A stretch of DNA of 51,538 nucleotides, from assembly GCA_949291655.1 (NCBI GenBank), contig CASEWT010000003.1:1-51538 (forward strand). The letters run 5' to 3'. The position numbers and the translations under genes are program-made. The stretch is from an uncultured Bacillota bacterium. GTDB lineage: Bacteria; Bacillota_I; Bacilli_A; RFN20; CAG-826. Position 1 is the stretch's first letter, and each line of letters starts with the position of its first letter. Positions 27,988 through 36,311 of the stretch are shown here, in pieces. The notes under the pieces are model-generated. The model worked only from the letters and a program-made list of their open reading frames with translations, ran no database searches and was not told the origin of the DNA.

Positions 27988-30762
27988 ATGAAAAACGCCA
28001 AAAAGACCCTTCTCGTTGCCCTCCTCGGGGCCGGGCTCGTCCTCGCTTCGTGCGGGGGGACGGACAATTCCTCTTCCGAACCGGAAGAGGGTACCTCGAC
28101 CTCGACTCCTTCGGGAACCTCCGCCTCTTCCGAGCACCCCGGTTCGTCAAGCGAGGTTTCCCTGCCCGATTCGAGCCCCTCGACCTCGACGCCGGAGGAA
28201 ATCGTCGAGGACTATCTCGTCGATATCGTCGAGACGACCGGCGTCCACATTGTTTCCAACCTCACCCGGGCCAAGCCGGGAGATACCGTCATCCTGACCG
28301 TAACCGTCGAAAGCGGCTACGTCCTCACTTCGCTTACGATGAACGGCGAACCCCTGACCCCAGGAACCGACGGCACCTATTCCTTTACGATGCCCGACCG
28401 CGACGCGACCATTCGGGCGACGGTAACCGTCGAGGGGGAAGTGACGATCGGCGGAGCCGTCTCGGGGACCTTCGCCGAGAACGGCGACGGAACGTGGACC
28501 GCCCACGACATTGAGATCCCGGCTTCGGGCGGCCAGATCTATGTCCGCGTCAGTCCGGAAGGCGGAACGCCCGATCTTCTCGGGTATAGCGACCTCGATC
28601 TCTACAAATGCTTCGGGAACATCACTTACTACCACTCCTCTGGCACGGACATCGGCTCGATCGCGGATGATCTCGGCATCAGCGTGAGCGAGGAGAAGGG
28701 GCGCGGCTCCTTGATCCTTCTTGGTGGCAATGCGGCCTACGACATCACCTACGACCCGGCTTCCGAGTTCAAACTTTCGATCCAGCGGACGGCCGTCACC
28801 GTTCTCCCAACGACCTCCGAGCAGCTCTATAGCCTCTTCGAGGGATCGATCCTAAGCGAGACGCCGAGTTATCCCGCCGGGGTGACCGAAGTCGAGTATT
28901 ACGATTCGGCGGCCGGCCAGAACGGAGAGGACTACCACTACGTTCGTTACGCGGACGGCTCTTCCCATGCGAAGATCGTCGACCATGATAGCGGCGAGGA
29001 AGTGGCCCATGTCTACAAGGAAATCGTGACCACCGGCGGAAGGAAGCAGCTCATCGTCGTCGACAACTACCTCCGGGGCCGCACCTATAGCGACCTCTCG
29101 GGCGGAACCTCTTCCCTCGAAGGGGACAGCGAAGCGGCAGCCGACGTCGAAGCCTATAGCGGCCGTTACGACGTGGTCGACACGGTGCAAAACGGCTATT
29201 CCCGCTATCAGTACGACGAACGCGATGCTGCCTTCCTGGCCGGAAGCTACGATCACACGATGGCCGAGATCGACTTGGTCCAGTACCAAGCTTACCGCCA
29301 CTCCTTCGAAATCGCCGACGACCTCGTCCGAACCGAACTCGACATCGTTCCGGTCGAAAACGGCGATGGCACCTTCACCGTGACCGTCGACTCCCTCAAG
29401 GAGTGGAATCCGAGCGCATCGGGAAGCATCTACAACACGATGGACGTCGATACGGTCGGGACATGGCACCTCGAGATGACCTTCACCGCGGCAGGAGCCC
29501 TGCTCGAAGGTTCCTACCTTCTCAAGAAGTACACGGCAACCAGCTACAATTTCGCGACCCATGAGTTCATCGGCGATCCGGAAACGACGGGAACCCTCAT
29601 CCGGGAGCTCCGCTATTCCTACACCTATGGCGAAGCCGCGGCCAATCCCCACGACTTCGACTACGCGCCCTACTTCGCTTCTTCGATCGACCCCTACATC
29701 GAGACGACCGGCGGGGAGCGCAACGTCCTCGAGGCCGGCTGGAACTCCATCAACGACGAAGACTCGATCCACGTCAATCCTTCCCCCTCGACGGCCCTCG
29801 ATAGCTGGCAATACGGCATCATCGGCTCCGACAATCCCGACATCTGCCGGAACGAGGACGGAAACCCGACGGCTTACCAAATGTACGGAACCGGCGAAGT
29901 GACCCTCTACTTCGGCAACCATACCGACAATGCGGTCACCGGGTCGGTCGTAGTGACCATCGACGCCTCGACCTTCCATAGCCTGGCTTGGATTCCCTAT
30001 TACGCCGGGGGCATCTATTCCGACGACAACATCCTCACGGCCGATAATCTCCAGGTCTATGGCAACAGCAGCCATACCGTCACCCTTTCCCCGACGCCGA
30101 GCAACGGCACCCTCTTCGGCCTTGAGTGGACGATGGACCAGGAGGGCCTCATCGAGCTCGACCTCGATTCGGCAACCGGCCGCTGCACGGTGACGGCCCT
30201 TAGAAACGTTGCCCAAGCGACGACGGTCAACATAACCTTCGTCTCCCCTTACATCGATAACGTCGACGGCTATTGCACCCTCCAGGTCACGGTCGTCCCC
30301 GGAGCCGACGATGAGGTTTCAATCGCGACCCTCGCCGGGACTTACCGGGTAGAGCTCGGGGAAGGCGAGACCGGCTATAACCCCGACGACCCGACGATCC
30401 TCACCCTGACCGCCGAGCCCTCGAGCGACAATCCCGACGCTTACGAAGCAACGATCGAGATGTTCGACGAAGGCGCCACCTTCGAGGTCGGCTTCGACTA
30501 CGTTTACGATAGCGAGAACTTCGAGCTCTCCGTCGTCTCGGGAAGCGCGGAACTCCTAAGCGGCTCCCTAGGCTCCTACGACAACATTGTCATCAGCCTT
30601 GACTACGAGGTCGCGACCAGCAAGGTCGGCGTCTACCTGGCGACCGAGACCTACGACTGGGACACCTATAGCGAGACCATCACTCCTTATCTCGGGGAAT
30701 ACACCGACGACGAAGATTACTCCTACATTTCGGCCTACGTCTATTTCGTGAAGGCCGAATGA
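27988..30762 (+). CDS. Large acidic lipoprotein with an N-terminal B-repeat-like domain
   Basis: AAGGAG RBS, lipobox VLASC, and AKPGDTVILTVTVESGYVL...FTMPDRDATI. Confidence 0.8.
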   Translation: MKNAKKTLLVALLGAGLVLASCGGTDNSSSEPEEGTSTSTPSGTSASSEHPGSSSEVSLPDSSPSTSTPEEIVEDYLVDIVETTGVHIVSNLTRAKPGDTVILTVTVESGYVLTSLTMNGEPLTPGTDGTYSFTMPDRDATIRATVTVEGEVTIGGAVSGTFAENGDGTWTAHDIEIPASGGQIYVRVSPEGGTPDLLGYSDLDLYKCFGNITYYHSSGTDIGSIADDLGISVSEEKGRGSLILLGGNAAYDITYDPASEFKLSIQRTAVTVLPTTSEQLYSLFEGSILSETPSYPAGVTEVEYYDSAAGQNGEDYHYVRYADGSSHAKIVDHDSGEEVAHVYKEIVTTGGRKQLIVVDNYLRGRTYSDLSGGTSSLEGDSEAAADVEAYSGRYDVVDTVQNGYSRYQYDERDAAFLAGSYDHTMAEIDLVQYQAYRHSFEIADDLVRTELDIVPVENGDGTFTVTVDSLKEWNPSASGSIYNTMDVDTVGTWHLEMTFTAAGALLEGSYLLKKYTATSYNFATHEFIGDPETTGTLIRELRYSYTYGEAAANPHDFDYAPYFASSIDPYIETTGGERNVLEAGWNSINDEDSIHVNPSPSTALDSWQYGIIGSDNPDICRNEDGNPTAYQMYGTGEVTLYFGNHTDNAVTGSVVVTIDASTFHSLAWIPYYAGGIYSDDNILTADNLQVYGNSSHTVTLSPTPSNGTLFGLEWTMDQEGLIELDLDSATGRCTVTALRNVAQATTVNITFVSPYIDNVDGYCTLQVTVVPGADDEVSIATLAGTYRVELGEGETGYNPDDPTILTLTAEPSSDNPDAYEATIEMFDEGATFEVGFDYVYDSENFELSVVSGSAELLSGSLGSYDNIVISLDYEVATSKVGVYLATETYDWDTYSETITPYLGEYTDDEDYSYISAYVYFVKAE

Positions 30763-30775
30763 AGAGCCGAAAATG

Positions 30776-30810
30776 AGAAAGGCGGGCTCTCGGGCCCGCC
30801 TTTTCTCTTT
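30776..30810. terminator. Bidirectional intrinsic terminator
   Basis: AAAGGCGGGCT-ctc-GGGCCCGCCTTT hairpin between convergent genes. Confidence 0.8.
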
Positions 30811-30879
30811 GTTCGATCAAAATACCGGGTTTTTGCGGCCGATAACGGGGTCAAGGTCTCTTTAAGAGCCTCGATTAAC

Positions 30880-32268
30880 TCAGTTGACTCGGTAGGCCAA
30901 GACGTCGTCGATGGCCTTCTCGACCTCGGCCACGTTGGCTTCCCCGAAGCCGAAGAAGGAGAAGTTGGTCGACCCGTCGATCGAATTCCCGCTTCCCGCG
31001 GAATAATTGATCGCGAAGTCTACGTACGAGGTTCCGCCTTCGTCCCGTCCCCTGATCAAGACGGACCGCGGATAGTAGCCGGCGCTTTGGATCTGGCCTC
31101 CGTTCAAGGCGTCGAAGTCGATGGCCAAAGCGCTATCCTCGATGAGGTAGGAGCCATCGCCGAGGGGATCGGCGAACTCGAGGTAATCCCAAAATAGGGC
31201 TTGCTTGATATAGCCAAGACCGGAAGAGGAATCGGTCAAGTCGCTCGTCGTGATATAGGGATAGGAAAGGACCGGGGAAACCTCGAGGCCGTCTTCGACC
31301 TGACTCAGCATGAAGAGATAGGTCCCGTCGAGGACGTGGTTCAGATAGGTGATTTCCCCATCCGCATCGGCTTGGGGAAGGGAGAGCTCGACGTGGGAGA
31401 AAGAAGCGAAGGCTTGGTCGAAAGCCCCTTGGGAATGTCCGTAGTCGTTATAGAGGCCGACCCAATAGTTCGGCATGAAGTATTCGTTTCCGTAGGACAT
31501 CGTCGGGTCAGAAATGTCAAGGACGTCCCGAATGTAGTTGTCCCTCGAGAAGCGGTCGCGGTAAGAAGCGAGGTCGGATGGGACCTCGTAGAAGGAACCG
31601 CCGCGGGCAAGGAAGCCCTCAACGTCCTCGGACCGCCCGTCGAGGGAGGCGACGCCAAGGGAATATACCTCCCCTTCCACCGTTACTTCGAGGCGGAAGT
31701 CGGCGATGGACGGACCAGCCGTAAGAAGGAAAGAAGTCGCCGCGAGGAAGGCGGACGAAGGAAGCTGAAGCAAGGAGAGAGCCGCCAATTTGTTCAATTT
31801 ATTCGTCAAAGCGTAGCTGGAAGCCCCTTCTTCGAGGCTTTCCAAAGAAAGATCAATGTCGGAGAGAGAAGGGAAAAGGCCGCTTCCATAAAGCTCCGTC
31901 CCCTCCATCAATTCCGATCCCCGAAGGTTCCCTCGCTCGTCGACCGAGAGGCGGTAAACGCCTCCCTCCGCCGCGGCATAGCCGATGCTCAGAAGCCCAT
32001 CGTCGAGATAAAAGTATTCGGGCGCGTAATGGAGGAGGAATCCGCTCTCAATCCCCGAAAGGACATAGTCGTGGGAGGACTGCAAATAGACGAGGGCCGC
32101 TCGGACGTCGTTAGGGGCTGGAAGGGCGGGCTCGGAGACCGAGGAACCCGGAAGCGAGGAAGTTCCTTCCCCGCCAGCGCCCGAAGAACTCGTCAAAGGG
32201 GTATCGCCCTGACAGGAGCAAAGAAGCAACGAAAGGGCCAAAACAAAGGCTGAATGGGCATTTTTCAC
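30880..32268 (-). CDS. Hypothetical lipoprotein
   Basis: GTG start with a GGAGG RBS, lipobox LLCSC and a Ser-rich linker. Confidence 0.78.
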   Translation of the reverse strand: MKNAHSAFVLALSLLLCSCQGDTPLTSSSGAGGEGTSSLPGSSVSEPALPAPNDVRAALVYLQSSHDYVLSGIESGFLLHYAPEYFYLDDGLLSIGYAAAEGGVYRLSVDERGNLRGSELMEGTELYGSGLFPSLSDIDLSLESLEEGASSYALTNKLNKLAALSLLQLPSSAFLAATSFLLTAGPSIADFRLEVTVEGEVYSLGVASLDGRSEDVEGFLARGGSFYEVPSDLASYRDRFSRDNYIRDVLDISDPTMSYGNEYFMPNYWVGLYNDYGHSQGAFDQAFASFSHVELSLPQADADGEITYLNHVLDGTYLFMLSQVEDGLEVSPVLSYPYITTSDLTDSSSGLGYIKQALFWDYLEFADPLGDGSYLIEDSALAIDFDALNGGQIQSAGYYPRSVLIRGRDEGGTSYVDFAINYSAGSGNSIDGSTNFSFFGFGEANVAEVEKAIDDVLAYRVN

Positions 32269-32324
32269 GAATCGTTACCTCCCGTCATGCTTGGAGACTA
32301 GCACAGGGCCGGGAAATCTCAACA

Positions 32325-32399
32325 AAAGAAAAAAGGCCAATGGCCTTAGACAGCTGGACCGCGCCGTGGGAACTTCCGTCGAGATCCAGCCGTCACCAT
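32325..32399 (-). ncRNA. Candidate small structured RNA (12-bp hairpin plus terminator), family unknown
   Basis: GACGGCUGGAUC/GGUCCAGCUGUC pairs fully only on the minus strand (two G-U pairs), followed by AAGGCCA-u-UGGCCUU and a U run. Confidence 0.35.
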
Positions 32400-32463
32400 A
32401 TAAAAGCGAGGGGTTTCCTTTTTATTGGCAAAAGGGGAAATTTAGATAATCTCCCTTCGATCG

Positions 32464-32497
32464 AAAAAGCCGCCCGTAGGATCGTGGGGCGGCTTTC
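32464..32497 (-). terminator. Intrinsic terminator of the PIN-domain gene
   Basis: AAAGCCGCCC...GGGCGGCTTTTT on the minus strand, just after the stop. Confidence 0.8.
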
Positions 32498-32499
32498 CC

Positions 32500-34155
32500 T
32501 TACTTGGACGGGGATTTGAGGTCGCGGATGGCCTTTTGGAGGCCCCGGACCGTGTAATTGAGATCTTTCAGTTCCGATTGCTTGAGAGTCCGGACCAAGG
32601 CCTCTTGGGCTTTGAGGTCCCGGAGCTTGCTCTCGAGGGGATAGGTCGGATTGTTGATCTTGGCCTTGAGGTCGCGGTCAGCAGCAAGGGCTTGCTCGTA
32701 GGAAGGGCTATGGACGGCCTTCCGGCCCGGATGGGGCTTATTGGCCGTAGCCTTGGGGGCAGCGGCTTTCGGGGCTTCCGCTTTGGGACTCGCCTGCGGG
32801 CCTTTTTGGGAAGTCGGCTTCTTGCCCGAGAGGGCTTCTTTTTTCGGGGAAACTTCTTTCGACGGGGCCGAAGGCGCTTTGGCCGACTCCGGTTTCGGGG
32901 CTTCCTCGAGGGTCACCCGATAGTCGCCTTGGTTCTTCTCGATGTGGAAGAGCAGCTTCTTGACCGTGGCATCCTTCTTGCTTCCGGCCTCGAGGAGAGC
33001 CACTTCGTGGACAAGCTTCGAGAAATCGGAATTGACGAGGTCGTGGGGTCCGTGGACGGCGGCGACATAGGGAACCCCGTCGTCGCGAATCATTGTGCCA
33101 TAGCGCCCAAGAAGGTCCTTGAGGGCCGAGATGAAGGTGTCGCCTTTGCCGAAGGGAGCCCGCTTTTTGGGGGCTTCCGGGGCCGGGGCTGGCTTAGCGT
33201 CCGGACGGGCCTTAGGAGCCGGAGCGGCGCTTTGGAGAGCGGGCTTGGCTTCCTTCTCGGAAGAGACTGGCTTTTCCTCGAGGCTCTTCTCTTGGAGAGC
33301 GATGACCTCAGCCTTGGCCTTCAGGAGATCGTCAGGTCCGTATAGCAGCTTCCAGGAGGAAATGTCGGAGGCGCTATAGGGCCCGAGATTCTTGAGCTGG
33401 CGGTCGAGATCGTCGAGCTTTCGGGCCAAGGGATAAGTCGAATTGTGGATATTGCTGGAAATGGCCCGGTCAAGCGTCTTGATATCGAGGGGCACCAAGG
33501 TCTTCGGCTCCTCTTTCTTGGTCGTTTGACGGGGCAAGGGTTGAGCTTCCCGAACGTTCTTTTCGGGGATTTTGGAAGGAAGGTTCCGGCTGCTCCTCAC
33601 GCTGCTGCGGGCTTGGCTTTGGTAAACGTTGCCTTTGTTCTCAAGGAGGTCCCCAAAGGGGTCAACCTTATAGACGTTCACGAACTTGCCGCGCTGGCTG
33701 TCGAGGTTATTGAGGTTTCGGACATCGTCGGCCAATTGCTTGTCCTGGCTGATGAGAATGATTTTCTTGTTGATTCTCTGGGCCGATATCGAGGCATAGA
33801 TGGCCGGATCGGCAAAGTCTTCCGTGCTCCGCACCCTTTCTATCGTGAAGAGCTTGTTGCCTTTTTTGTCGAGCTTCAGAAAGCGAAGGGCCCGCTTGGC
33901 GTCGATCCGCAGCTCAAGCGTCTCTCCCCTCTTGGCGTGTTTCTCGAGTTCGCTGACGACTTGGCCAACCACGATGAACTCGGGACGATGGTCTTCGAAG
34001 TACTCCGTCGACAGGTTCAAGGTGTCGAGGAAGGGGCCGAAGCTTTCTTCCATGAGGGAACAGGTATCGATGTAGCAGAGGTCGATTCCGGACAGGAATT
34101 TAGCCAGCTTCGAAGCCTTCGTTTCCTCGGTGAATTCTTTTCTTTCGATGGTTAT
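32500..34155 (-). CDS. PIN-domain protein with a duplicated C-terminal domain; probable ATA start
   Basis: The frame is open 34 codons upstream of Met 34053 and contains the first PIN motif YIDTCSL. Further motifs are VVSELEK, FADPAI and LISQDKQL. Confidence 0.75.
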   Translation of the reverse strand: MTIERKEFTEETKASKLAKFLSGIDLCYIDTCSLMEESFGPFLDTLNLSTEYFEDHRPEFIVVGQVVSELEKHAKRGETLELRIDAKRALRFLKLDKKGNKLFTIERVRSTEDFADPAIYASISAQRINKKIILISQDKQLADDVRNLNNLDSQRGKFVNVYKVDPFGDLLENKGNVYQSQARSSVRSSRNLPSKIPEKNVREAQPLPRQTTKKEEPKTLVPLDIKTLDRAISSNIHNSTYPLARKLDDLDRQLKNLGPYSASDISSWKLLYGPDDLLKAKAEVIALQEKSLEEKPVSSEKEAKPALQSAAPAPKARPDAKPAPAPEAPKKRAPFGKGDTFISALKDLLGRYGTMIRDDGVPYVAAVHGPHDLVNSDFSKLVHEVALLEAGSKKDATVKKLLFHIEKNQGDYRVTLEEAPKPESAKAPSAPSKEVSPKKEALSGKKPTSQKGPQASPKAEAPKAAAPKATANKPHPGRKAVHSPSYEQALAADRDLKAKINNPTYPLESKLRDLKAQEALVRTLKQSELKDLNYTVRGLQKAIRDLKSPSK

Positions 34156-34253
34156 TGTTTTCCTTTCTTTTCCTCCTGCTGGTAATGATACAGCAAATCA
34201 AAGAGATGGGCACCGCCTTCGTTTTGGCAAGCCAGAAGCGGCAAATAGGATTA

Positions 34254-34378
34254 TGAAACCGTTTTCAAAACAGTGAAAGAAATGCTTGTTTCGATGCCAT
34301 CACAGGTTTTAAAGATAGCCAAAACTACCGATATTTTCTGAAAGCGCTTAATGTAAGCACTTTCTGTAAGAGGTTTCA
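34254..34378. promoter_or_regulatory. Cluster of cre/LacI-type operator-like sites
   Basis: TGAAACCGTTTTCA (34254-34267) fits cre TGWNANCGNTNWCA. Near-matches are TGAAAGCGCTTAAT (34339), TGTAAGCACTTTCT (34352) and TGTAAGAGGTTTCA (34365). Confidence 0.6.
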
Positions 34379-34466
34379 TAGAAACCCGTCTTGAATGGCT
34401 TTTCGAACCCTCTATATTGTGGGCGTTCCCGCAAGGGGACGATTGGAAAAGGAGGTAGAATCCACG

Positions 34467-34607
34467 ATGTTCTTTTACAAGAAAGACGATTCCGCCCTCG
34501 AGACCCAAGAAGGCGCGGCCTACAGCGAAAAGCTGGCCGAGCTCGCCGAACAAGGTCCGATCTTCGGAAACGACGACCAGAACGAAATCACCATCATCGA
34601 GTTCTAA
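34467..34607 (+). CDS. 46-aa small acidic protein
   Basis: AAGGAGGT RBS, upstream TTGAAT-16-TATATT, host-like codon usage, and a terminator at 34630-34653. Confidence 0.7.
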   Translation: MFFYKKDDSALETQEGAAYSEKLAELAEQGPIFGNDDQNEITIIEF

Positions 34608-34704
34608 TTATTGTTTTTCACGGAATCGCAGCCGCCCCACGGGGCGGTTTTTTCTACCGCGAACTTTCCTTTTCTCCCCGCGATAACTATTATCCTTGTT
34701 GCCA

Positions 34705-35343
34705 ATGATAGATTTGACGCCGACCGTCGGGCGGAACCTCGCCCTCCTAAGAAAGCATCGGGGCTTGACCCAGGGCCAGCTCGCCGAGCGCTTTGCCTAT
34801 AGCGACAAGGCCATCTCGAAATGGGAACGGGGCGAGGCCCTCCCGGACCTCAATACCCTTTTCGAACTTGCCGACTTCTACGGGGTGACCCTCGATTTCC
34901 TGACCCATCCCCAAAGCGAAGCCACCCTACGGGAAATCGGACGGAACGACCCGCGGAAGGTCATGTCGAACCGGATCATCATCACCCTCCTTGCCATGCT
35001 GACCATTTGGACATTCGCGACGATTCTCTTCGTGAGCGACCTCATCATGAAAACCGCTTGGAGCGGGTGGATGGCCTTCGTCTGGGCCGTCCCGGCATCC
35101 TTCCTCCTTCTCCTGCCCTTCAACCACATTTGGGGCAAGAAAGAGTGGCTTTTCCCTCTCGCGACGACATTCATCTGGACCCTCCTCATCGCCGTTTACG
35201 TCGAAATGGGCCTCGACATCGCGGACAACGCCGGATGGGAGCTCGGCTACGTCCTCATCCTCGGCCTACCGATTACCGCCATAGGCTTTCTCGTCCACCG
35301 TTACCGAATGCAAAAGAAACGTTCGCAAGAAGAAGGGGAATGA
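34705..35343 (+). CDS. XRE-family HTH regulator with C-terminal membrane helices
   Basis: LRKHRGLTQGQLAE...AISKWERGEALPD followed by about four TM helices. Confidence 0.88.
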   Translation: MIDLTPTVGRNLALLRKHRGLTQGQLAERFAYSDKAISKWERGEALPDLNTLFELADFYGVTLDFLTHPQSEATLREIGRNDPRKVMSNRIIITLLAMLTIWTFATILFVSDLIMKTAWSGWMAFVWAVPASFLLLLPFNHIWGKKEWLFPLATTFIWTLLIAVYVEMGLDIADNAGWELGYVLILGLPITAIGFLVHRYRMQKKRSQEEGE

Positions 35344-35384
35344 AAATAGAGGCCGCAAAAGCGGCTTCTTTTTTCTAATTATTG

Positions 35385-36254
35385 CTAGAAGGAGGCAAGG
35401 AAACGCTCACTATTGAAGCGCGCAGCCCGAGCCTCTTCGGTATCGACGTCCAAGTGAAACACGTGCTTTAGCGGCGCTTCCTTCCCGACGAAGTCGTCGA
35501 AGAAAAGCGGCACTCCAGCTTCCTCGAGGCGCTTCTTGAAAGGAGGATTCTCGGCTCGGAGGAAGTCCCCATCGGAAGTCATGAGATACGTCGGCGGGAA
35601 CGCTGGCCCGATATGGCGGACCGTCAAAAAGCGCGGATCGTCCTTCTTGCGGAAACGGGGCAGGAAGTAACGCCACATCCACCACGTCTGAGAGACTTCC
35701 GAGGTCCCGAGGTTTCCGTAGAGCCCGCAATTGAGCGATAGCCCATTGACCGGGAGATCGAGCCGAAGCCCCGGGAACAGCTTCCGATATTCCGGGCTCG
35801 ACTGCACGAGGCCGTAGAGATAGGAGAGATTCGCCCCGGCCGAATCGCCATACAAATAGACATGCCCCAAATCGGCACCCCACTCCTTCCAATGCTCCTT
35901 GGCGAACGAGAGAACCTCGTCGAGGCAATGGAGTTGAGTCGGGAAGCGGCTACCCGGAGCCAGGGGGTAGTTGAAGCAAAGGACGACGTAGCCATCGTGG
36001 GCGAGGGCCTTCGCGTACCGCGAATAGATTTCCTTCGTTCCGTAAAGGTAGCCGCCGCCATGGACGACGACGATGGTCGGCAAGAGGCCGGGAATGTCCT
36101 TCCGATAGACATCCAGTTGGCCCCATTTGCCGTAACGCCGATCGTAGGTGAGACTTTTCCACTCCTTCAAATCGGTCGGCAAGGGCTTGCCGGCATCCCG
36201 CTTTGTATCGGATTTGAGGCAGCCTTTTCCAAACAGGTAATTGATGAGGGCCAT
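35385..36254 (-). CDS. Alpha/beta hydrolase (HSL-type esterase/lipase)
   Basis: HGGG oxyanion motif, GDSAG nucleophile elbow, and D...HVF completing the triad. Confidence 0.9.
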   Translation of the reverse strand: MALINYLFGKGCLKSDTKRDAGKPLPTDLKEWKSLTYDRRYGKWGQLDVYRKDIPGLLPTIVVVHGGGYLYGTKEIYSRYAKALAHDGYVVLCFNYPLAPGSRFPTQLHCLDEVLSFAKEHWKEWGADLGHVYLYGDSAGANLSYLYGLVQSSPEYRKLFPGLRLDLPVNGLSLNCGLYGNLGTSEVSQTWWMWRYFLPRFRKKDDPRFLTVRHIGPAFPPTYLMTSDGDFLRAENPPFKKRLEEAGVPLFFDDFVGKEAPLKHVFHLDVDTEEARAARFNSERFLASF

Positions 36255-36311
36255 GGCAATTCCTCCTTCCCTAAATATAAACCAAAGGCCCGGACAAAAG
36301 CCGGGCCTCGT

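Noticed and set aside
34331-34347. CodY-box-like sequences (also near 26976 and 17343)
   Set aside because: Four or more mismatches to AATTTTCWGAAAATT, in AT-rich DNA.
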